Under the pieces are notes generated by a model that worked only from the letters and a program-made list of their open reading frames with translations, did no database searches and was not told the DNA's origin. From Coniocarpon cinnabarinum (taxonomy: Eukaryota): a stretch of DNA of 64,000 bases. Each line of letters begins with the position of its first letter. The stretch's first letter is position 1. Position numbers and translations under genes: made by a program. The DNA lies in NCBI GenBank assembly GCA_051942205.1, contig JAVECO010000046.1, positions 62,001 to 126,000 of the forward strand, read 5' to 3'. Shown piece by piece: positions 1 through 11,495 of this stretch.

Positions 1-2
1 TT

Positions 3-3000
3 ACAAATGCAACTGGGAAGATGCTCGAGCCGGAGATTATGATTGTAAAGAAACGAGGAGCCGGAGTCAAAGATCCGAAGGAGAAGGCTAAACCGGAGAA
101 CGTTAAGCCTGGTAAAGCTAGTCAGGCCCAAAAGTCGAACGCAAAAGGTGCTGGCAAACAGAAGATCATGCAAGAGATAGAAGCCAGTCGAGTGCAGAAG
201 GAGAAACAGACAGGAGAAAAGTATGTCAATGCCTGGCGAACACAGCATCGCGCGCTGCAGTCCGAGAAGGATGCATCTCTTCGTTATGAAAAGACCCAAA
301 AGTTCCTCAACAGTCTATCCACAGACAGTAGGAAAGCTGTCGGAACAGAAATCCAGCTGTACATGCTGGACATCTTGCTGAGAATTTGGCTTGAAATTTG
401 CAAGAGAAAGTCTCAAAACAGCAGCATGCATGTTGCTGCACTTGTGTGGCATCGTATTCAGTCAGTTATAAGCCGACCAGAATATGTCAGTCCGCACATC
501 ATGTCCCTTGTGAGCCGCACATGCCAAATACTTGGCTTTCCCCCGCCAGCTGCGGACCCATGTACTGAAGATAGAGAGCTTTTGTTTGATTTTGTTTTCA
601 GCGGGCCTCGCCTTACCCAGGAACTGGACGTCGTTGTTACCCAAGATGCGCGAGAATTCCAGCTGGAGCATTGCGGACCGTACATGGAGCGCAGCATCGA
701 TTCTGCAGCGGACAAGCGAACTGGCGGCAGGTTTGATCCTGACCGCTGGCAGCGGGACGTGCTGGATGCGATTGACGACGAGAAGAGTTTGTTCGTTGTG
801 GCTCCGACCAGTGCCGGCAAGACTTTTATCAGCTTCTATGCCATGCGCAAGATCCTCGAGCAAGATGACGATGGAGTCATCATCTACGTGGCACCGACGA
901 AGGCGCTGGTGAACCAGATCGCCGCAGAGGTACAGGCAAATTTCGCCAAATCTTACTCGTACGGCGCGAAATCTGTGTGGGCCATGCACACAAGAGATTA
1001 TCGGATCAACTCTCCAATGGGATGCCAAGTCCTGGTGACTGTTCCACATATACTTCAGATCATGTTGCTGAGCCCTGCCAACGCAGCCTCCTGGTCACCA
1101 AAGGTCAAACGCATCATCTTCGATGAAATACACTCCATCGGCCAAGCTGAAGATGGTATTGTATGGGAGCAGCTCCTTTTGATTGCTCCATGTCCTATCA
1201 TTGCTCTTTCTGCGACTGTGGGGAACCCGGATGAATTTAGTGACTGGCTCCAGTCGACACAGAAGTCGGTTGGCAATGAGCTTGTGGTCATCCAGCATCC
1301 GCATCGGTACAGTGATCTCAGAAAGTACACGTATCTGCCTCGAAAAGATACTCCTCTGGAACAATTACCAGACATTGACGCATTCGGGGAACTCGGTTTG
1401 GACAAAGATGAGAAAGCTTTTGCCGTCATGCATCCTGTGTCAACCTTGGTGAACAAGTCTCGCGGCGTTCCCGCAGACTTTAGTCTCGAGCCGCGCGAAT
1501 GTCTGGCGCTGTGGAAGGCAATGAAGAAAGCAGAAACTCCAGAATATCAAGTTGATGAGAATCTATCGCCTTTGACCTTCTTCGGCGACATCATCCGCAA
1601 AAAAGACGTGCACCTATGGGAAGCAAAGTTGAAAGACTTGTTGAAGCGGTGGATGTCTGACTCCTCATCGCCTTTTGATAATGTGTTCGAGCAATTGACT
1701 CATTCTGTTCACCCCGACACGCTTTCGAAGGCTGGTAACGGTCAGGAAAGTGACGAAGCAGGCTGGAGTGGCATTACCGACAGTGCTCTACCCTTGCTGT
1801 TTGCACTCCACGCAAGAGACGCGCTGCCAGCAATTCTTTTCAACTATGATCGAGGCTTCTGCGAGAAGATTGGTTTTCACGTCCTCGAGCAGTTACAGCA
1901 AGCAGAGCGCTCGTACAAAGAAAATAACCCAAGCTGGAAGCGCAAGATGGAGCGTTGGAATGAGTGGCAAAAATTGAAAGCAAGCAAGGTCAAACCTGCA
2001 AAAGCAACGAGCAAGAGTGATCGCAATGATAAGATGTCTAAAGACGAGCAAGCCCGGGAGACGGCTCAAAACGACGCCGACCCTATGGAGTCTTTCAATC
2101 CAGATGGGGTGCTTGATCCCTTCAATTTTGCAAATTCCAAAGTTCTTTTGCCCAGCGAGTTTCAAGACATGGAGTGGCGACTCCGACGGCGGGGGATCAC
2201 GCAGTGGCTTTGCGACGCCCTGCAACGAGGCATCGGGATCCATCACGCCGGTATGAACCGTGCCTATCGTCAAGCAGTGGAGATCCTCTTTCGCAAGGGG
2301 TTCCTTCGCGTCGTCATCGCCACTGGAACACTCGCGCTTGGAATCAACATGCCCTGCAAGACTGTGGTGTTCAGTGGCGATTCCGTCTACCTGACAGCGC
2401 TGAACTTCCGCCAAGCAGCTGGACGTGCAGGACGTCGTGGGTTCGATCTGCTGGGCAACGTGGTATTCCACGCCGTGCCACCAGAGAAAGCGTGTCGTCT
2501 GGTCAGCTCGCGGCTCCCATCCTTGAATGGGCATTTCCCTGTGACGACTTCATTGGTGCTACGCTTGTTCATTCTTCTTCACGAGTCCAACAACACGGCA
2601 TACGCCAAGCGAGTCGTCAATGCTCTCCTGTCACAGCCGCGGCTCTATCTAGGCGCACAATCATTCAAAGAGCAAGTCTTGCACCACGTTCGTTTCTCGA
2701 TCGAGTATCTCCGACGCTCAGGTCTTCTCGACAACAAAGGAGCACCGTTGAACTTCGCTGGTTGCGTCTCACACCTATACTTCACAGAGAATTCCAGCTT
2801 CGCCCTGCACGCCCTGCTCAAGGGCGGGTACTTCCACCGCCTGACCGCAAACATGAACAAGAACAACGAAGAAGACATCATGCGCACGATGATGCTAGTG
2901 CTTGCACATCTCTTCGGCAGACGACCCTGTCGTGAAGCCGACCTCGAGCCCGACAATTACGCCAAGCGCATCAAAGCTTCGCCCTCGGTCGTATTGCTCC

Positions 3001-3869
3001 CAGAACTCCCCAAAGAGGCTCATCAAATCCTGCGTCAACACAACACAGACACCCTTGATGTCTTCCGTGCGTACGTCAAAACCTTCGCGGAGCAGCATCT
3101 CGCGGGCAAACAAGACGACACACTACCCTTTACAGGTCTCAAATTTGGAGGCACCGCTCCACCCACTGACATTGCGCATGATCTCTTCGAAACAGCACCA
3201 ACACCCGTCGTTCGCTCCCAGTTCGTCGCCCTCTCCGGCCACGGCGACGAATTCGACACAATCCAGTCTCTCTGCCGCACTTCCCGATCTGGCGTCTTCC
3301 TCGAAGAATCCGTGATCCCTCACATCCCCTTGTACCCCGACGAATCTTCAATCCCACTAAACGCCTACCTCCTCGACTTCTACAAACATGGCGATACCAC
3401 CGCTCTGGAAAAGGCGAACGGCATTCGCAAGGGCGACATGTGGTTCCTCTTGAACGACTTTTCGCTAGTCCTCGCCACGATCGTGACGGCTCTCAAGAAT
3501 ATCATGAAAATTGCGGAAGAGGCGGATGTGGATATGATTGATTTACAAGGTGGAGGGGACGCGAGCGAAGAAGCGGAAATGGTGGATCAGGAGTTCAAGA
3601 CGACGCAGGTGACGTTGCCGGTTGTGAAGGAAACGGCGGAGGCTAAGCCCGCGCCTCAGAAGAAGAAGAAGGCTGTGGTGGAGAGCTGGGATGATGATGC
3701 GAGTGATGATGCGGACGCTGACGGCAGTGGGGAGGAGAAGAGCGATAGAGAGGATGGGGATGGGGATGGGGATGAAGGAGAACAAGGGCTGGATTTGCCG
3801 CGTGTACTCCGCGCTTTTGAGAGATTGAAGGTCACGTTTGATGAGAAGTTTAGAGCCATGTGGGCCTAG
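3..3869 (+). CDS. DDX60-like (Ski2-like SF2) DExH-box RNA helicase, 5'-partial
   Basis: Walker A APTSAGKT preceded by FDPDRWQRDVLD, DEIH box, ALSAT, GIGIHHAGM, TGTLALGINMP, QAAGRAGRRGFD. The frame is open from the window edge (ACA AAT GCA ACT GGG AAG ATG), so the true start is probably upstream. Confidence 0.9.
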   Translation, partial: TNATGKMLEPEIMIVKKRGAGVKDPKEKAKPENVKPGKASQAQKSNAKGAGKQKIMQEIEASRVQKEKQTGEKYVNAWRTQHRALQSEKDASLRYEKTQKFLNSLSTDSRKAVGTEIQLYMLDILLRIWLEICKRKSQNSSMHVAALVWHRIQSVISRPEYVSPHIMSLVSRTCQILGFPPPAADPCTEDRELLFDFVFSGPRLTQELDVVVTQDAREFQLEHCGPYMERSIDSAADKRTGGRFDPDRWQRDVLDAIDDEKSLFVVAPTSAGKTFISFYAMRKILEQDDDGVIIYVAPTKALVNQIAAEVQANFAKSYSYGAKSVWAMHTRDYRINSPMGCQVLVTVPHILQIMLLSPANAASWSPKVKRIIFDEIHSIGQAEDGIVWEQLLLIAPCPIIALSATVGNPDEFSDWLQSTQKSVGNELVVIQHPHRYSDLRKYTYLPRKDTPLEQLPDIDAFGELGLDKDEKAFAVMHPVSTLVNKSRGVPADFSLEPRECLALWKAMKKAETPEYQVDENLSPLTFFGDIIRKKDVHLWEAKLKDLLKRWMSDSSSPFDNVFEQLTHSVHPDTLSKAGNGQESDEAGWSGITDSALPLLFALHARDALPAILFNYDRGFCEKIGFHVLEQLQQAERSYKENNPSWKRKMERWNEWQKLKASKVKPAKATSKSDRNDKMSKDEQARETAQNDADPMESFNPDGVLDPFNFANSKVLLPSEFQDMEWRLRRRGITQWLCDALQRGIGIHHAGMNRAYRQAVEILFRKGFLRVVIATGTLALGINMPCKTVVFSGDSVYLTALNFRQAAGRAGRRGFDLLGNVVFHAVPPEKACRLVSSRLPSLNGHFPVTTSLVLRLFILLHESNNTAYAKRVVNALLSQPRLYLGAQSFKEQVLHHVRFSIEYLRRSGLLDNKGAPLNFAGCVSHLYFTENSSFALHALLKGGYFHRLTANMNKNNEEDIMRTMMLVLAHLFGRRPCREADLEPDNYAKRIKASPSVVLLPELPKEAHQILRQHNTDTLDVFRAYVKTFAEQHLAGKQDDTLPFTGLKFGGTAPPTDIAHDLFETAPTPVVRSQFVALSGHGDEFDTIQSLCRTSRSGVFLEESVIPHIPLYPDESSIPLNAYLLDFYKHGDTTALEKANGIRKGDMWFLLNDFSLVLATIVTALKNIMKIAEEADVDMIDLQGGGDASEEAEMVDQEFKTTQVTLPVVKETAEAKPAPQKKKKAVVESWDDDASDDADADGSGEEKSDREDGDGDGDEGEQGLDLPRVLRAFERLKVTFDEKFRAMWA

Positions 3870-4171
3870 TTCTAGACGTACTCGACTGTCATCCAAAGCG
3901 AGGGACAGTATGGGACGGAAGCAGCGTGGTTGTTTGGGTCAAGACTTATTCTCTTGACTTGTAGAGCAGGACGCAGCTGTGATAGACACGAACAATAGAC
4001 ATTTCATTTGTGATTCTTCTTCCTGTTGAATATGTCATGCACCTCTCCTGGTGACACGTCTTCCGGTGCGAGTTCTCGACTCCCTTTTATTTTCCCCGAT
4101 GGAGCGCCACATTTGGTGATTTGCCTCTGTTCAGGGCACTGCAGACCTGGAGCTTCTCTGGAGGTCTTCTA

Positions 4172-4263
4172 TGAATTCGTTCGAAGATATTCGTTCGAAG
4201 ATATTGGTTCGAAGATATTCGTTCGAAGAAGTCGGTTGAGAAAGTCGGTTGAAGAAGTCGGTT
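4172..4263. repeat. Short tandem repeats: GAAGATATT(C/G)GTTC x3 followed by ~GAAGAAGTCGGTT x3
   Basis: Read directly from the sequence. Confidence 0.8.
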
Positions 4264-4289
4264 AAAGACGTTAATGCATGCAATTCTGC

Positions 4290-4480
4290 GAAGACGGCGT
4301 TTATTAAGATATAGTGGTAGCTTATGTCTAAGCTAGCTCGTTCTTTTATTTCTAAGTATATAGGAATATAGAGTTTAAAGTCTATAAGTTCTAATATTAC
4401 ATATTATAACAACAATTATTGTTCTTTGTCTTCTATATTAGGTAATTAGCTTTCTTTCATGCATTTATTAGTATCGGTTT
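4290..4480. other. AT-rich, TpA-rich island, possibly a RIP-mutated repeat relic
   Basis: Abrupt drop in GC with many TA/TAA/TAG words compared with the ~50% GC flanks. Confidence 0.5.
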
Positions 4481-4497
4481 ATGCTTCCTTCTCTTTC

Positions 4498-4599
4498 TCT
4501 TCTTCTTCTTCTTCTTCTTCTTCTTCTTCTTCTTCTTCTTCTTCTTCTTCTTCTTCTTCTTCTTCTTCTTCTTCTTCTTCTTCTTCTTCTTCTTCTTCT
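4498..4599. repeat. (TCT)34 perfect microsatellite
   Basis: 102 nt of uninterrupted TCT, followed by TTCACGCTTCT repeats and a (GACTC)n tract near 4694-4716. Confidence 0.97.
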
Positions 4600-4861
4600 C
4601 ATTCACGCTTCTTCTTCTTATTCACGCTTCTTATTCACGCTTCTCACTCCAGTGATACCACCATCGTCGCGCGGCCAACCTATATGCAACACAGACTCGA
4701 CTCGACTCGACTCGACCTTCGCGAAGCGGCTTCGAATGCTCGAAAATAGGCAGCGTCAGGAGATCGACGGGCGTAAATGCAAGTTTGAGTGCCGGGGGTG
4801 GATGTCGAAGGACAGGTCATGTGCTAACGGCATCGTCTTGGAGAACAATTCGCTATCACCG

Positions 4862-7800
4862 TCACCTCAGATAGATGGATAGGGCAATTGCGACGATGAC
4901 GACGAGGGCGGGTCTGATGACTATGCTGCTGATTGCGGCACCAGTGGAGACGGCATTACCCGCTGTGACTGTGGACGACCTGCTATTATCCGTTCCGGAC
5001 CCAGACGCTGGCGCAGATCCAGATCCGGGTGGAGTGGAAGTCGCAGAAGCAGTCGCAGTAGCGCTCACACCAGAGAGATAAGTCGTCCTTCCGTTCACAA
5101 CGACATACCTTCCACTGGCGCCTAGCGATATCGTCGCTCCATCTACAGTGACAGCAGAGCCACCAGGCGTAAGTGTCTGACCATTAAAGACGTAAGAGCC
5201 TGCTGCATTCATTGTGAAGACCTCACCAGGTGCAATCGTAATCGGTGAACCTGCCAGTGCGACTGAAGCTTGAAGCATTTCTGTACTTGTGCCCACGATT
5301 GCAGATTCGCCATCTGCAGCCATGGAAACTCGCGTTCCTGATATAATCGTGACTTCGCCATTTGTCAATGTCTGGCCATCAATAATGTACTGGCCTTGGG
5401 CATTCGGCGTAATGGTCTGGCTGCCAATGACAAGAGGCGCCGCTGTCATCACAGCATTTGAGGTTAGAAATTCGGTACTACTTCCGATAACAGCGTAGCC
5501 CTGTCCAAGCGAGATTCTCGTTCCTGAGACTGTGATTGCGGGACTACCTGCTGTTAATGTTTGACCGGCTATGATATATTGACCTTGAGCATTCGGTGTG
5601 ATCGTCGTATCGCCTAGTATCAAAGGCGCGGCTGTTCGCTGCGTGGGGTTCAGGAATTGAGTACTACTTCCCACGACTGCGAAGTTCGATCCAAGTGATA
5701 CGGGTGTTCCGTGGATTGTCATTGCGGGACCACCAATGTTAAGTGTTTGACCTTCAACGACGTACTGACCTCGTGCATTTGGCGTCACTGTCACACCGCC
5801 TACGACCAACGGAGCTCCTCCAGGCGCATTTGTAGGCGCGGCGCGTGCCAAAGCTTGAGTTCTACCTCCCACAATCGCAAAGCCCGAACCAATCGAAATC
5901 GGTATTCCGCCTACGTTCACAGCAGATCCACCAGCGCTCAAAGTCTGTCCGCTAACGACGAAAGCGCCCTTGGAGTTCGCAGTAATCGTCTGCGATCCCA
6001 ATGTAAGCACCTGTGGAGCTGCAGGCGCTGGTACCAGATTCTGCGTGATGCCATTGACGACGGCGGCGGTGCCTGCGGGAGCGATGGAAATGACGTTTCC
6101 TGAAATAGTCAAAGCGGGACCACCTGCTGCGATAGACTGGCCTCCGATGTTGAATACGGGCGCAGCTGGCGCAGGCGTGAATACGGAACCAGCGACTGTC
6201 AGTGCAGCACCGGGCGCGAGTTGCTGAGTGCTACCGTCGATTACGGCGGCTCTGCCATTGGCTGCTATTGAAACAGGTGTATTTGCGATTTGAGCGGGTG
6301 CTCCGGCTTGTAATGTGACTCCATTACCTATAAATTGAGGTGCTACATTTGCTGTGAACGTAGTGCCCAGAGCGCTCAGCACGGGTGCTGGATTCGCCGC
6401 GATGGGACCAGCTGCGAGTGCTGTTGGCTGAGGCGCATTTACAGCTGGAGCTTGACTAGGTAGTGGTGCCGCAATGGGAGCCCCATTATTCGATCCAGAT
6501 CCGCCAGAGTTGACATTTTGTGGAGGGGCTGGATTCGCTGGCGGTCCTGCATTGACTGCAGGAATGGGCGCAGCTGGGTTAGGTAGTTGCGGGTTCGCGA
6601 CTTGTGGCGCCGAAATATCACCTTGAGGGGCGGCTGGGGCAGCACCTTGAGCTTGGGGGTTGGTATTTGGAGGAGCCGGATTGTTGATGGCGGCTGCTGG
6701 GTTAGCGGCTGCTGGTGGTGGTGGCTGATTGTTTACCTGGGGAGCAGGGTTATTAATTGATGGTGCTGGGTTTTGATTAGCAGGAGGTTCTGGTTCGTTA
6801 GCTGGTACAGCTGCTGGTGGCGGCAATGGGTTAACGTTCGGAGGTGCCGGAGCGCTCGTGGGTGGCGACGGATTATTGGTAGCTGGAGCTGGAAGACGAA
6901 TCGGGCCTGGCAAGGGTGCTGCGGCGGACACTGCCGGCATCTGCGGCTGCACGATAGAACCAGGTGCAGCCGGTGGCGCAGATGACTGCACCAGCCGTGC
7001 ATTGTCGCTGGGTGGGGGGGCTATTGGCCCGTTAAACTACACGCGAAGGGTAAGTATGGCGATGAGACGCATACACAAAGACTGCATACCTTCGACTCTG
7101 AGAGGAAAGAAGTCGTTGTTATCATCTCTGCTCCAAGTGCCGGGATCTGGGTTAACACGTTAACGTATACCCTTCTCAGAACTTGTCGCGGGGAACCGCA
7201 AACTCACCGGATTCATCGTCTCAAACGGCGCGGGGTCTTGCACACAACTGAGTGGCGCGTAATCGGGGAGCGCCCGTGTGTACAGGGGAAAATCAGTATA
7301 AAAAGCGACATAGAGGGCGTAGTTCAATCCTTTGGGATCGTGCGGATCCACCGGGCCGACACCTGCGCTGGGTAAAGGACTATGAGAAGTGGAAACCTTG
7401 TATTCCGCTGAGTTTGTGAGACAGGCCGAAGTTCCGCTTGTGGTCACAGGCAGAGTCCCTTTCCATACGTTAGCAGCGGGGTAGTCCTGATACATGGTGG
7501 GATAAGCAATAGTTGCAGTTATATAAGCACCCGAGCCGTCACCGCGCTGGACTGTAGCCTGCAATTCAATGTGAGTATGGGCCAGGTGAGGATGCAATGG
7601 AATGACATACGATGTTCGTGCCAGCTTGATTGGTCGGTGCTGGAGTCGGAAAGTAACCATCTGGCACAAAGATCATGGTCGACGTTGAAGCAGTCCCAAT
7701 GGGATCCAGAAGATCGACTCTGGTCGCAAATGCGACGCCGGTCGTTGCTGGTAACCACAAGTACGTATACACGCCCAGCGCACCGATGTTTGTACAGTCC

Positions 7801-8007
7801 AGGGCGCATGTTGTGACAGTGGAGTTAGCCGTGTGCGATTTGGTAGGGCTCGGAATCGATGATGTGTTCCCAAAATTGAAGCCTGGCGAGCTCAGCATGG
7901 GAGTACAGATTGTGGTTGTGAGCAGACACACTTGTTCCATTGTATTGAACTTGAGCAAGCACCACGTTGGCTGCCAGAACAGTGACGATGGCGCAAAGAA
8001 GCCCCAT
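4862..8007 (-). CDS. Secreted, probably GPI-anchored cell-surface protein with a Pro/Ala/Asn-rich linker and ~60-aa Gly/Thr/Val-rich repeats (5 exons)
   Basis: Signal peptide MGLLCAIVTVLAANVVLAQ at ATG 8007. Four introns with GT donors, branch sites and YAG acceptors join the ORFs at 7825, 7566, 7160 and 4862 in frame. Repeats resemble TITPNAQGQYIIAGQTLTAGSPAITVSGTRISLG. The Ser/Thr-rich tail ends in a hydrophobic GPI-type signal. Confidence 0.8.
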
Positions 8008-9249
8008 GTTAGACTCGAGCCTTGGCTTTTGCGGTGGAGGATGAGGACGAGGATGAGACCTGACCACCAACTCGGCGCGACTGCACTTTGCGGGTCATAG
8101 TCCAGATTATAAGGCAGACCTGATGGATTACAATGCATGCATTGGGGCGGTGAGGACAGGATCTGGGTCCTCGTGGGCTTCCGACAGCTCCGTGTGGTAG
8201 CAAGGATGAGCCTATAATAAAGGTGGACAGCCGCCCGCTAGCCCAGGTGCAATGCTCTTAGTGGTCAGCTATTCCTCTCCGTGCACAAAGTGCATGTATA
8301 ATTGCAATCTACGTGCCGTTGTGCCTGCAACCGGCACTTCAGCAAGGGCCAGGCAGAGTGCAAAGGGCTAGCGGGACGGCCAAAGCCATTGGGTCCTGCA
8401 TTAGCATCAAGCAGTCACGGCTGAGGCGCGTGTTGGTAATCCGTGCACAGAGACTGGACCTCAGTCTTCACCACAGGAGTGCGTGAGTGCATCAACACCC
8501 CGCTGCATCGCCGTTGACTTGATCTTCATGCAGCGAAGGTGGGCCTACAAGTGCCTCACCTTGAACACGAAAGATTCGTGACGAAGGAGACTCTGCGCCG
8601 TAGCTGGTAGAGGGGAAGAAGATGTCAGCGTCCCGCGTGAATTCCTTAGCAGGACATCCTTCCCACGTGCTCAGAAGCATATTGATGGAGTACTTCTCAA
8701 GAGTGCAGTTCGGGACATCGAAATGTGCGGATTGTGGGGAGCACGTTCCACTCGACCAGGTTGTCAGCCAAAAATAGCAAGACGGTGTCATTCCTTCATG
8801 CACGTAAGCCGGCACCCTCTACTGCCGACGTTTTGTGGCCTAGTGAACTACGACGTATAGATCAGAGATCTGAAACCAAGATCTGCCAGAGGGGAATCTT
8901 GGACCTGAATCTCCTGCCTACCAGCAAGCAGATGGTCATTTGGTGGGGACTCCGCGAGTCATGCAGATGGATTCTGCCTCGCTTGCAGCCTTTGAATGGA
9001 CTTGGCCCGCCGCTGTCACGCCCGTGAGGCCATCCATTTCCCCTGAAGCCAATCGAGGCTCAATAGGTGTTGATGTCTCCTAATCACTGCAATCGCGACG
9101 CGTTGATGAAGTATCGACGCCGCTCCGAATGCGGCGGCAAATCCACGGAAGTAAGACAATGAAGCCTAGATACAAAGGCATCCACGCTAGAAACACAAAG
9201 TCACGTGCAGGGGGCGTCGGCAAGATTTCGGACAATCTTCTACCTTAGA

Positions 9250-9935
9250 AGGATGCGCTTGATGACATCCTCCTGTCCTCTTGCAGATTTGTGCATGCCT
9301 CATCATTCTGCTGCGTGATCAGTACGTTCGCCATTATCAATATGAAGATTAACGCTGTGGCTATCGTCAATGCTGAAGGTCTATCATCCTGGTTTGATGA
9401 GCACGTGCGTGATAGTAAAGATACGGTGTGTGATCTTCCGATCCCTTCCCTAGCTCGACTCACGATCTTCGACTGATGCTCACTCGGATATACCCATTCA
9501 ACCCAACAGACACGGCTACGTTTGCCCTGGATGTCTTGTACCCACTTACATTGACGACACCTAAGCTGTCTCTGTGCGCATTTTGTCTCAATGTTTCCCG
9601 GATGCGACGGAGCACAATCTTGACAGCTGCTACCCGGATCGTCAATGCAGTCACTTGCACTGTTAGCATCGCACTTTTGAGTTTTCATTGTCCAGCCCCT
9701 GCTTTCAAATTGTTCAAGGCAGCTGATGTCGTTGATGGTGTACTCTTTGCTGGAAAATCCTAAGGGCTTTTGTGCCGACATTGCGAATATCATCACTGAC
9801 CTGATACTAACTGCTCTGCCCATTTCAGAGCTCTGGAGCATGTCAATGAGTTGGCCTAAGAGCCTTGGCGTGATGTTGTTGCTTGCAGCGTCAGCAACCA
9901 TAGGTGTCCTATTGGCCATTCGAAAGTATTGCTAA
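9250..9935 (+). pseudogene. Degenerate PTH11-like (fungal rhodopsin-domain) integral membrane protein
   Basis: Fragments in different frames: ALDDILL; DVLYPLTLTTPKLSLCAF...LLSFHCPAP; IANIITDLILTALPISELWSMSMSWPKSLGVMLL. These match the family's DD, KxS, C-P and NIxTDxxIxxLP motifs, with frame changes and stops between them. Confidence 0.65.
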
Positions 9936-10570
9936 AGTAACGAGAACTAACATAGCCCGTGCAGAGGGGCTTAAGGCGCCTGCACGCGGTTATTTTTCTA
10001 CATTCAGGAACCGTTTAGAGACGATTCACGATGTAAGTGAACCCGAAGACATTGGATGCTCAAACTTCGGACGGTTGCGAACGACAATAAGTGACGCATG
10101 TTAGATGTTAGATTTTTGGGGCTTGTCACGTCGCTGCTGCGCTTCTTTCACTGCGCATTTTCGGCCAGACGATTTGCAGCTAAATCGATAATCAAACAAT
10201 TCGTGCTCGTAATTGTTGGCGGTCAAACAAACGCAACGCAACTAAAGGCGTAGCAGAGGACTATGTCTATCAGGCTCTACCAAGCCGGAGATCGATGTGA
10301 TGTTGACTGGTGTGGGCCAATTGAATACACTGGCAGAGAAAACAGGTAACATTGGCAGCCATACCAGATACGCATCGTTCCCTTGTTGCAAAGCCAGTGC
10401 GTTTGACCGGGTTGGAATGTGGCGGATTGCTAGATAAATCGAGGATAACCTTGAAAAATGCGAGGGTCGCAGCTTAGTCGTTCATACCGATCAACGTGCT
10501 GATCAACGTGCTTGCTTGCGTGTCGTCTTGAGATTAGTTCGAATGTCATTGTCTTAGCAAGACGTCATAA

Positions 10571-11495
10571 TCATCGACGCTTGCCTTTTCTTTCGCCTGC
10601 GATGGGCTGCCATCGCGCATCAAGCTTTCTAAGCTCGCTCAAGCACTCGATGACTGCACTGCTATCTTTTCGCTCCCGTGCGTTCGACAGTGCCTGCCGA
10701 ACATCAAGCACGACAGTCTGCCTAACCTTTAACAGCCGAGACCACTGCGCCTTTGCGAACGGATGCTCATGGCCAAGCCTCTCCGCGCTTCGCTGTAGGT
10801 GTAAAACGTCTCGCACTCTTCTTTTCAATCGCGCTGCATCAATCGCATCGCTGTCCTCGTCTTCATCTTCTTCTGCAGATGTAGACCAGTCACTCTCATC
10901 ATCATCACCTTCACCGCCCAATTGTTTCTTCTCGAGTTTTCCCTCAAGCCTGGAGATGCCTTCCTCCCATTTCAACAACTCTCTCGCCTTCTGCATCTCC
11001 CTTTTTACACCCCTTCTTTCTCTGACCAGGCCTTCGACTGCTCTCTCTCGCTCCGCCACCATCTTCTGCACAGCCTCCACATCTCGCCTCACACCCCAAA
11101 CGCCTAGTCGGATCTCCTCTACGCGATCACTCTGTCCCTTCACGCTACCGCCCAGAGCCAAAAAGTCCTCGTAGTGACCGTTCACCAAATCGAGGAGCTC
11201 GGCCGAGAGCTGTTGTGAGCGCGTTTGAAGGTCGGAGCGCAGGTCTTCGAGGGTTTGATGTCGCGGGCCAAGAGACGAGAGGTAGGACTGTGGAGAGAAG
11301 TCGGGAGTGAGGAAGTGGTGTCTGGGTAGAGGAGTGGGGAAAGGTAAGTCGAGAGAAGAGTCAGTGGAGGTCGTGGAGGGTGTGGGACTGCGGGACGGCG
11401 TGGGGAGCTGTGAATTTGTATTAGTATCATTTGATTGAGCGAAAGGGGAGAGATCTGCAGGAGCTGTCTACACGTACTGCAAATGCGGAGCTCAT
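10571..11495 (-). CDS. COG2: Conserved oligomeric Golgi complex subunit 2 (short fungal form)
   Basis: LPFPTPLPRHHFLTPDFSPQSYLSSLGPRHQTLEDLRSDLQTRSQQLSAELLDLVNGHYEDFLALGG is the COG2 N-terminal signature. The first exon MSSAFA is followed by a GTACGT...ACTAAT...CAG intron. Confidence 0.85.

Noticed and set aside
4172..4263. CRISPR-like appearance of short direct repeats
   Set aside because: The repeats are contiguous with no unique spacers, there are no cas genes, and the context is eukaryotic.
4459..4882. Poly-Ser and poly-Leu ORFs
   Set aside because: They are translations of the (TCT)34 microsatellite.
10512..11174. 220-aa plus-strand ORF
   Set aside because: Antisense shadow of COG2.
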